Positions 54,402-64,000 of a DNA stretch of 64,000 bases are shown one piece after another. Both the position numbers and the translations under genes were made by a program. The stretch's first letter is position 1; every line of letters starts with the position of its first letter. The stretch is from assembly GCA_951406725.2 (NCBI GenBank), contig OX597814.1:6014001-6078000 (forward strand), read 5' to 3'. Source of the stretch: Octopus vulgaris. Taxonomy: Eukaryota. The notes beneath the pieces were generated by a model, which was not told the DNA's origin, did not search any database, and worked only from the letters and a program-made list of their open reading frames with translations.

Positions 54402-55746
54402 TACGACGGGCTTCTTTCAGTTTCCGTCTACCAAATCCACTCGCAAGGCTTTAGTCGGCCCGAGGCTATAGTAGAAGACACTTGCCCAAGGTGCCACGCA
54501 GTGGGACTGAACCCGGAACCATGTGGTTGGTAAACAAGCTACTTACCATACAGCCACTCCTATGTGTCTTTTTTTCCAACAAAAAAGTAACGTTTTTCTT
54601 TTAAAACATTTAAAATACTTGTTTGTTCATCAATTCATTTTACATTATTTCTTCTTTTTGTTTTACAATGATTTACACTGTTCAGTTGTAGTTTTTTTCC
54701 ACAATTTCATATCCTTACCGTTCTTCAACCTATTTCATCATGTTTTACTTCTTCCTCGTACTTTCTTCCTTTTCCCATTCCCATGCTCTTCCAGGACTCC
54801 TCTCTGCTCTGGTTCTTTCGTCTCTATGCTTTCCCACTCTTGCTTGTCCGCGCATTCATCCGACTGCACTTTTTCATCCTCCTTCTCTGTATCTTTATCC
54901 TGCCACTCTAGGCTCTTTCATTCAACCTCCTCGTCGCTCTGTAATTCCACCTCTCCTTCTGCTATCTCTGTTGATGGTTTCTTTACCTTTTCTATTCTTT
55001 GTTGCATTTCCTCCTCCACTCACTCCTAAAATCATGACCTTCGATTTTAATCATGACCTTTGAACATTGGGCCTCACAGAGGCAATGACGGGAGACCAAG
55101 ACCTTTGGAGATACGCTATGATTGAGAAAACCCGACAGCTAAAGTGAGATTGCCGCCACACACGTCCAACTCTGTTAAGAATATTCCTGATGCATCGGGC
55201 GATACGATATGCTTGAAAAGACCTGCTGAGTCAAGTAAAACGAATATCATGACTATTGGTGCCAAAACCTCGTGCATGGGCATTGCAGGCATTTTTCATG
55301 GACAATGGTCAGTTGGTCCAATGATGGTCTTCTTCAACAAGTTCTTTCTGACCCCAGCCTGGCAGATTGGAAATTAAAATCATGGAAAAGATGATATCGC
55401 CCCAACAACCAGCATTTTCACATTCGAGTCTTGCAGAACTTTTCAATAATGAATCTCCATAAAATCATTTTGATTGTTGCTGCTTCGTTAGGAAGTTTGC
55501 TTCCCAAGCAAATGGTTTTTGGTTCCCTCTCACAACATGGCTCTTTGGGCAAATGTCTTCGGCTATAGTAAATCGAAGCCATGTGATTGGATTTGCTTGA
55601 GGGAAACTGAAAGAAGCCCATCGTATGTATATGTATGTGTGAAAATGTGTTTGCATAAAAAAATCAAGGGAAATTGTAGTTGTGGTACCAGTGCTGGTGG
55701 CACAAAAAAGAACCATCCGAATGTGGCTGTTGCCAGCGCTGCCCCG

Positions 55747-57190
55747 ATGGCTTCCGTGCCGGTGGCACGTAAGAAGCACCAACCGATCGTGGCTGTTGCC
55801 AGCCTCCCCTGGCACGTAAAAAGCACCCACTACACTCACGGAGTGGTTGGCATTAGGAAGAGCATCCAGTTGTAGAAACTCTGCCAGATCAGACTGGATC
55901 TGGTGCAGCTTCCTGGCTTCCCAGACCCGTTGAACCATCCAACCCATGCTAGCATGGAAAGCGGACGTTAAACGATGATGATGATGTGTGAGTGTTGTAA
56001 ACGAGTGCCACCTCTTTACAACTGATGTCCTTCATTTCAATCTTCCATGGAAACATGAGGGGGTAACACGTTAATTTACCTGGAAACAGGTGACAGTTGG
56101 CGACAGGAAGAGCATCCAGCCATAGAAAATCTGCCTCAACGAATTCTGTCTGACCCATACAAGCAGGTGTGGCTGTGTGTTATGAATCTTGCATCCCAAC
56201 CGCATGGTTCCAGGTTCAGTCCCACTGTGTGGCATCTTGGGCTAGTGTCTTCTACTATAGCTTCATGCTGACCAAAGCCTTCTGAGTGGATTTGGTAGAT
56301 GGGAACTGAAAGAAGTCTGCTGCATGTATATATATATAATATATATATATTACATATATTATATATATTATAGGAGTGGCTGTGTGGTAAGTAGCTTGCT
56401 AACCAACCACATGGTTCCGGGTTCAGTCCCACTGTGTGGCATCTTGAGCAAGTATCTTCTGCTATGGCTTCCGTGCCGGTGGCACGTAAGAAGCACCAAC
56501 CGATCGTGGCTGTTGCCAGCCTCCCCTGGCACGTAAAAAGCACCCACTACACTCACGGAGTGGTTGGCATTAGGAAGAGCATCCAGTTGTAGAAACTCTG
56601 CCAGATCAGACTGGACCTGGTGCAGCTTCCTGGCTTCCCAGACCCGTCGAACCATCCAACCCATGCTAGCATGGAAAGCGGACGTTAAACGATGATGATG
56701 ATGTGTGAGTGTTGTAAACGAGTGCCACCTCTTTACAACTGATGTCCTTCATTTCAATCTTCCATGGAAACATGTCTGGTCATGAGGGGGTAACACGTTA
56801 ATTTACCTGGAAACAGGTGACAGTTGGCGACAGGAAGAGCATCCAGCCATAGAAAATCTGCCTCAACGAATTCTGTCTGACCCATACAAGCAGGTGTGGC
56901 TGTGTGGTATGAATCTTGCGTCCCAACCGCATGGTTCCAGGTTCAGTCCCACTGTGTGGCATCTTGGGCTAGTGTCTTCTACTATAGCTTCATGCTGACC
57001 AAAGCCTTCTGAGTGGATTTGGTAGATGGGAACTGAAAGAAGTCTGCTGCATGTATATATATATAATATATATATATTACATATATTATATATATTATAG
57101 GAGTGGCTGTGTGGTAAGTAGCTTGCTAACCAACCACATGGTTCCGGGTTCAGTCCCACTGTGTGGCATCTTGAGCAAGTATCTTCTGCT
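55747..57190. repeat. Direct tandem duplication (717 bp and 727 bp units)
   Basis: Near-identical units 55747-56463 and 56464-57190. Confidence 0.92.
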
Positions 57191-57506
57191 ATAGCCCTGG
57201 GCCGACCAATGCCTTGTGAGTGGATTTGGTAGACGGAAACTGGGAGAAGCCTGTCGTATATATGTATATATATATATATATGTGTGTGTATATGTGTTTG
57301 TGTGTCTGTGTTTGTCCCCCTAGCATTGCTTGACAACCGATGCTGGTGTGTTTACGTCCCCGTAACTTAGCGGTTCGGCAAAAAAAGACCGATAGAATAA
57401 GTACTGGGCTTACAAAGAATAAGTCCTGGGGTCGATTTGCTCGACTAAAGGCGGTGCTCCAGCATGGCCGCAGTCAAATGACTGAAACAAGTAAAAGAGT
57501 AAAGAG

Positions 57507-57507
<1 letters not shown>
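57100..57507 (+). mobile_element. Composite tRNA/CORE-like SINE, family C
   Basis: GGAGTGGCTGTGTGGT..GGTTCAGTCCC head, CORE-like segment, internal TA/TG microsatellite, tail GAAACAAGTAAAAGAG; copies at 54157-54560 (-), 1-80 and 3520-3665. Confidence 0.8.
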
Positions 57508-57551
<44 letters not shown>

Positions 57552-57752
57552 TACACATATGCATGTGTGTATGTGTCTGTTTGTCCTCCACCACTGTTTG
57601 ACAACCGCTGTTGGTGTGTTTACAGCCCCATAACTTAGCAGTTTGGCAAAAGTGACTGATAGAATAAATAACAGGCTTTAATAAGAATAAGTCCTAGTGT
57701 CGATTCATTCTAAAATTTCAAGGTGTTGTCCCAGCATGGCCACAGTTTAATG

Positions 57753-57927
57753 CAGTGGTTTCCAATCCTTTTATTGAAAGGAGTTTTTTCATGGACCCCT
57801 TTTAACACATTCATACTTTTGTATGTGTAATATACATATACATGTAATTTTGAAATTAGTTCCCGAACCCCCAGTACTGCCTTTACAGCCCACAAGGGGT
57901 CTGCAGAGCCCAGGTTGGGAACTACTG
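57753..57927. mobile_element. hAT-like MITE inserted in a SINE tail
   Basis: TIRs CAGTGGTTTCCAA and TTGGGAACTACTG; imperfect 8-bp flanks GTTTAATG and CTTTAAGG. Confidence 0.7.
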
Positions 57928-57987
57928 CTTTAAGGGCTGAAACAAGTAAAAAATAAAGATGCAAGCATGGGAAAGTAGACATTAAAT

Positions 57988-58657
57988 TGATGATGATGAT
58001 GGTGGTAGTGATGATGATGGTGGTGGTGGTTGTGGTGATGTTTATGGGTGGTGGTGGTGGTGATGATGACGATGATGTTGGTGGTGGTGATGATGATGAT
58101 GATGATGACGTTGGTGGTGGTGATGATGATGATGAAGGTGGTGGTGATGGTGATGTTGATAGTGGTGGTGGTGATGGTGACGATGATGTGGTGGTGATGG
58201 TGATGGTGACGATGGTGGTGGTGGTGGTGCTGATGATGAAGGTGGTGGTGATGATGACGTTGATGGTGGTGGTGATGGTGATGATGGTGGTGGTGATGAT
58301 GGTGGTGGTGGTGATGATGGTGGTGGTGGTGATGATGGTGGTGATGATGACGATGGTGGTGGTGATGATGAAGCTGGTGGTGTTGATGGTGATGATGACG
58401 ATGATGGTGGTGGTGATGATGAAGGTGATGGTGGTGGTGATGGTGATGATGACGATGATGGTGGTGGTGGTGGTGATGTTTATGATGGTGGTGGTGGTGG
58501 TGATGACGATGATGGTGGTGGTGGTGGTAGTGGTGATGGTGATGATGACGATGGTGGTGGTGATGATGATGAAGGTGGTGGTGATGGTGGTTGTGATGAT
58601 GATGATGGTGGTGATGGTGGTGATGATGATGTTTATGATGGTGGTGGTGGTGATGAT
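57988..58657. repeat. Compound (GAT/GGT)n trinucleotide tract
   Basis: About 670 bp of mixed GAT/GGT in gene 2 intron; a similar (CAT/CAC)n tract is at 5400-5655 in gene 1. Confidence 0.95.
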
Positions 58658-58766
58658 AGTTTCACTAACCTAATAAATACACCATTTACTGGTCATCAGT
58701 TTTGTCTTTCTTTTAATGAAATCAAATAAAAAAGCCAAAAATAAAAAGGGGGGGGGCTGAGCTTAC

Positions 58767-58942
58767 TTTGACGGATGTTTGTTGTGTTTATTTCGATGAA
58801 GTCGTCCCTGTCCGGTCGGGATTGCTCATGGCGCAGTCCGAGCATGTGCAACAATTCATGCACCACGATGCCATTCGACCGGCAGAACACGCTGAGATAG
58901 ATTTTCTGCACTCTCCCGTGATATCCAACTTGACTGCCACAA
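58767..58942 (-). CDS. Astacin-MAM metalloprotease gene 2, zinc-binding exon
   Basis: Minus-strand tttgcag| and |gtaagc; encodes CGSQVGYHGRVQKIYLSVFCRSNGIVVHELLHMLGLRHEQSRPDRDDFI; 176 nt. Confidence 0.95.
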
Positions 58943-59860
58943 CTGCAAACGAACAAATGAGTTGTTAATTATCAATTAAGCTTTGTTGAGCAATAAGCAA
59001 CATGTTATGTTTGTATCGACATTTTTTTATGCTGCTTGTCTGTGGAGTGGGGTGGAGGGGAAGAAAGGGAGGAGACAACCCTCTGAAAGAACTTCATATC
59101 AGGAGTTGTGTCCCCCTTGTCACAAGTCCCCACTACCAGGTGGCACTTAATGTTTGTAAACTGGTTTGTGTAGTGGTGGCGGTGGTGGGGAAACAGCGAG
59201 TGTTGATTGGGCGAAAAAATTTGGTCAGAGAGAGAAATGGGACGCATTTAGGACATAGCACAAATAAATATAATAATAATAATAATAATGAGGAGGAGGA
59301 GGAGGAGTAAAGAAGAGAAAAAGGGGTAAGAAGTTTTTAGTAGGAGGTGAATAACGAGGTAGAGAAAGGTGGAGGAAGCAGAATTATGGGAGGATGGGGT
59401 TGATTAAAGAAGAGCAAATAGAATAAGGTGCTACATGGTTGCCCTGGATTAAGGGGTGCAGTAAATCATCATCATCATCATCATCGTTAAACGTCTGTTT
59501 TCCATGCTAGCATGGGTTGGAAGGTTCGACTGGGGTCTGTGAAGCCAGAAGGCTGCACCAGGCCCCAGTCTGATCTGGCAGTGTTTCTACAGCTGGATGC
59601 CCTTCCTAACACCAACTACTCCGTGAGTGTAGTGGGTGCTTTTTATGTGCCACCTGCACAGGAGCCAGGCGAGGATGGCAAACGGCCACATTCAGATGGA
59701 TCTTTTTACGTGCCACCGGCACTGGTATCACAACTACAATTTCCATTGATTTTTTTTTTTGATCGATTTTGATTTCACTTGCCTCAACAGGTCTTCGCAA
59801 GCAGAATTTTGTGTCCCAAGAAGGAAAGGTATGCATAAGTGGACTGGCTACATCCCAGGT

Positions 59861-61677
59861 AAAGGTCACGGAGAGAATCATAGCCCATCTCATTAGGGAG
59901 AGAGTCTGCTTAGATGAGATGCAGTTTGGTTTTGTGCCGGGTAGAAGCACCACTGATGCCATATTCCTGGTTCGACAACTGCACGAGAAATACCTAGCTA
60001 AAGATAAGCCCCTATACTTAGCTTTTGTGGACTTGGAGAAAGCCTTTTACAGGGTCCTCTGATTCCCTATCTGGTGGCCGATGCAGAAACTGGAGATTGA
60101 CAAATGGTTAACAGGGGCTGTATAGATCCTATACAGAGTGTGCGTTAGTAAGGTTAGGATTAGCAATAAGTATAGTGAAGAATTCCAGGTAGAAGTAGGG
60201 GTCTACCAGGGTTCAGACCTCCGTCCCCTTTTATTCATCATAGTCCTCCAGGCAATAACAGAGGAATTCAAGACGAGTTGCCTCTGGTTGCTCCTCTATG
60301 CTGATGACCTGGCCCTCATTGCAGAATCACTACCAGAACTAGAAAAGAAATTTTGGGTGTTGAAGCAAGGTTTTGAATCAAAGGGTCTTAGCGTCAATGT
60401 CACAAAGACCAAAGTTCTAGTACGTAGGAAGGCGAACACATCACCCCCTCCTCCCTCAGGTCGGTGGCCCTGCTCGATCTGTAGAAAAGGTGTAGGTAGA
60501 AACTCCATAAGATGTAGCCAGTGTAAGCTATGGACACATAAGAGGTGCTGCAACATCAAAGGAAGATTAACCGAGAAGATAGCTTTCATGTACGGCAGAT
60601 TCACAGGGGCAATAAACACTACAGATGCTCAGAAAACAGATGCCATCACACTCCAGTGGGAGAAACTAGAAGTAGTTGATAGCTTCCACTACCTAGTTGG
60701 GGTGGATGCTCAGAGAGTGTTACTACTAGAATAAGAATAGCTTGGGTAAAGTTTAGAAAGCTTCTACCCTTACTGGTGACAAAAGGCTGCTCGCTCAGAG
60801 TAACGATGCATGTGTGCGAACTGCCGTGCTTCATGGTAGTGAAACATTGGCTGTGACTGCAGAGGACATGCATAGGCTTGAAAGACATGAAGCTAGCATG
60901 ATCCGCTGAATGTGTAATGTCAGTGTGCACACACGACAGAGTGTAAGCATCCTGAGAGAAATGCTGGACATAAGAAGCATTGGATGTGGCTTGCAAGAGA
61001 GATGTTTGTGATGGTATGGTCATGTACAGCGGATGGATGAGGAGAGATGTGTGAAGAAGTGCCACTCCCAAACAGTTGAAGGTAGACCCAGGAAGACATG
61101 GGATGAGGTGGTCAAGCATGACCTTCGAATGTTGGGTCTCACAGAGGCAATGACGAAAGACCAAGACCTCTGGAGATATGCTGTGACTGCAAAGACCTGG
61201 CAAATAAAGTGAGTTCATGGCTGTATCCTACACCAGTTTCGCATAACCAACCCCAGCTCATTCAAAAGTACCTTGGATCGTAGGGCAACGTGCCGTGCTT
61301 GAAGAGACCTTGAAGAGTCAAGTACATCAACCTCAAAATGGAAATCAAATGGAAATTGTAGTTGTGATACTCGGTGGCAAGTAAAAAGAACCATCTGAAC
61401 GTGGCCGATGCCAGCGCCGCATTGACTGGCTTCCGTGCCAGTGGCACATAAAAAGCACCGACCAATCATGGACGTTGCCAGCCTCCTCTATCCCCTGTGC
61501 TGGTGGCACGTAAACAGCACCCACTACACTTCCGGAGTGGTTGGCGTTAGGAAAGGCATCCAGCTGTAGAAACATTGCCAAATCAGACTGGGAGCCTGGT
61601 GCAGCTTCCTGGCTTCCCAGACCCCGGTCGAACCGTCCAGCCCATGCTAGCATGGAAAGCAGAGTTAAATGATGATA
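59861..61677 (+). mobile_element. 5'-truncated, decayed RTE-like LINE (RT, PHD-like finger, 3' UTR, GAT tail)
   Basis: RT motifs QFGFVPGRSTTDAIF, AFVDLEKAF, GVYQGS, LLYADD and KTKV; contains stops and frameshifts; ends in the 3' UTR shared with many short copies. Confidence 0.9.
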
Positions 61678-62704
61678 ACGTACACAACTTGCTCTTACAC
61701 GAGAAGTAAACCTAGGTGGCACACGGAATTCTCTCATCCATTTTAATTTACCTTCTACAGCATGTATTATCTTGACACGGCAAGATAATACTTACTCATT
61801 CTTCATTTATATACCGCTTCAACCAAAGCATGTTATTGGTGAATTCTTACCTGGTTCTAAATTGGTATTAGATTATTTGTGAAGTTCAAGAATGGCTCTT
61901 TCATTATTCCAATCAAGAATGCATTTTACCTTTCGTTACACGAGGATTTTTGCTTCTTAATTAACCTCTGATTCCAGCAGTAACAAGGTGAAGTTACAGC
62001 ATTCTGTCTTATTACAGAGGCCAGCATTCTGGTTACAGTGGCAACCCCTTGTTATACAAGGATATATATATGTATGCAGCATGTATGTATAATTTGAATA
62101 TTTGTATGTGAATAATAATAATGATAATAATATGCCCTGATGCAGTACCAGGCAGTGGCTCTCATGGCTTCTGATCTTAACTGATTGGAAGTGTTATCAT
62201 GTACATTGTTTTGTCTTGGTATAAAAGATGGGCTACAGCAAATATTCTGCTTAATACCACAGATTTGCTTGTCAGTTGTTTGACCTTAACCAGTTGAGCA
62301 TGTCCCTTAGTGGCTGACGATATGTGCATCTCTGATCACGAGCGGAAGTAGTGGGGGAGCATCATAGCCATGTGTTGAGAGGGATTCTATGGAGTTTGAA
62401 TAATTCACCTCTGGAAACATAGGTGTTTTGTTCAACATCCTTAAACAACCCTTATTCAAGGACCTTTTGAGCGGGATGGGTTACTCGACCAGAAGAAAAT
62501 TCTAACTGGGCCCCACCTGCTAGGTCATGCACTGTTTATCTTGATATGAGATCACCCTGTCGCGCACATATGGTTGTAATGCATGTGCCTGGTGTACCCT
62601 TATCAGATGGGTAGTCATGATGGGTATACTGGGCTTTGTATATTTTACCCCAGTGTCACTTTGATGGCAAGCACTGCTCTCTCACTCAATAATAATAATA
62701 ATAA

Positions 62705-62995
62705 TCCTTGCTTGCCGCTGTTAGAATTAACAATATAATAACTATTGGAAATGTGATGCTACCCAGAAACATTTAAGAAATAAGATGAAGAGGAAAGGGT
62801 ACACAAGTGGAAAATGAAACCACTGCATGGACAATACTTCAGAGAAATTGAAGGAAAAGGCAAGATCAACGCTTGGAGGTGGCTAAGAAAAATATGTGAA
62901 AGGATGCAGTGAGGCATTGATATGCAGCATTGAGGAACAAGCTCTAAGAACTAATTACACCAAGTTCCAAATAGATAAGAGCAGGGAATTATTTT
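62705..62995 (+). mobile_element. R4/Dong-like LINE internal fragment
   Basis: KPLHGQYFREI..WRWL and EALICSIEEQALRTNY motifs. Confidence 0.65.
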
Positions 62996-62996
62996 G

Positions 62997-63041
<45 letters not shown>

Positions 63042-63254
63042 TAATCCAAACAAGAAAGCACAAAAAAACACAACAACGCGAGGACATGGAACAAATATAG
63101 TATTATTGGACTCTCAGGAAAGAAGGAAAGAAGGAGGGTTTAATGTTTCAAGCAGAGCTCTTCGTATGGAAACATAAGAGAAGGAAAGATTCAGAGAAGG
63201 GAAGACAGAGGAAAAAAAATCGCCAATGGTACACACGAGGTCACACACACACAT

Positions 63255-63290
<36 letters not shown>

Positions 63291-63423
63291 GAGATAATGG
63301 TGTCATTGAGACCCAAAGGTGTCAGGTAAAGCTGAATAAGTGCTATAGACAGACCATAGTTAAGTTCCAGATTTGGTAATTTTTGGAATAAGGTGTTCAG
63401 CATTGATTCTATGTTAGCATGTG

Positions 63424-63536
63424 TATATAAGAATTTTTTTCGTAATGAGATAAAAACGAAGGCTGTGTAGATATTAGAACATTTATATCTATAAACGTTC
63501 TATCTTGGTTTTTTATCTTATTGCGCAAAAAATTCT

Positions 63537-63542
<6 letters not shown>
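63424..63542. mobile_element. Small foldback MITE
   Basis: Imperfect ~35-bp terminal inverted repeats plus a central palindrome, in TA context. Confidence 0.6.
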
Positions 63543-63585
<43 letters not shown>

Positions 63586-63607
63586 TGTGGGAGTTGGTGT
63601 TTGTACA

Positions 63608-64000
63608 TATTGGGCTGGAACAAAAGATTTTGACCATTTCTTAAAGTAAAATGTAAAAAGTCTTCATTCATCAACATATTTCCCATTTTGTTCCACCACC
63701 ATTTGGCATCTTTGAGGCAGCTTCAAGACCCCATCCTCCCACTCCATAGCATCCTTCTGGGTCATGAACTGGTCTTCCAAATAAGTTCTTCTCATCAAGA
63801 GAACTTTGTAAGGATTAAAATAAATGGTAATCCATTGATGCAATGTCTGGTGAGTATGATGGAGACGTAAGAACATCCCAGCCAATTTGTTCCAATTTCT
63901 GCCAGGTTCATAAAGAAATATGAAACCTAGCATTGTCCTTAAGAAAAACAACACACTTCTGATTGACCAGTTCTGGACATTTTTCATTGATTGGCTCTTT
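63608..64000 (-). mobile_element. Decayed mariner transposase 3' end with TIR
   Basis: GWDVLTSPSYSPDIASMDYHLF and KLPQRCQMVVEQNGKY; TIR-like TATTGGGCTGGAACAAAAG. Confidence 0.8.

Noticed and set aside
57987-58673. Met/Val/Gly/Asp-rich 228-aa ORF
   Set aside because: GAT/GGT microsatellite antisense to gene 2's intron
61675-61740. SCVRY on minus as a possible upstream astacin exon (TCVRF-like) of gene 2
   Set aside because: Surrounding residues do not match astacin, there are no convincing splice sites, and it runs into a LINE tail
63135-63175. Second hammerhead-like motif on minus
   Set aside because: The core reads CCATACGA rather than CTGANGA; too degenerate to call, though it may be a Penelope-type relic

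Overview
Repeat-rich eukaryotic genomic DNA. The SINE/LINE families and the protease type point to a coleoid cephalopod, probably Octopus (inference). Two paralogous astacin (M12A) zinc metalloprotease genes with one C-terminal MAM domain, resembling squid ALSM/myosinase and meprin-like proteases, lie tail-to-tail. Gene 1 is on + (five 3' coding exons, 3188-11048) and gene 2 is on - (five 3' coding exons, 58942-38116). Their intron phases are identical and the first three exon lengths match exactly. No 5' exons (signal, propeptide, N-terminal protease) were found for either gene in the window. Between the two 3' ends is a ~21.2 kb array of a 29-bp satellite (GGTCATTCTCT GGTCATTACTCTCATTTT, ~730 copies); its stop-free + strand produces the giant spurious ORFs in the track. 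Introns and intergenic DNA contain RTE-like LINEs with a PHD-like finger inside the RT region, R4/Dong-like LINEs ending at (TAA)n, CR1-like tails, several tRNA-derived SINE families, three non-autonomous Helitrons, mariner/Tc1 relics, MITEs, a 26-bp minisatellite, a ~720-bp tandem duplication and a degenerate hammerhead-like motif. I do not see a clearly new multi-gene system. The best leads are the satellite between the convergent proteases, the PHD-in-RT LINE and the intronic hammerhead.
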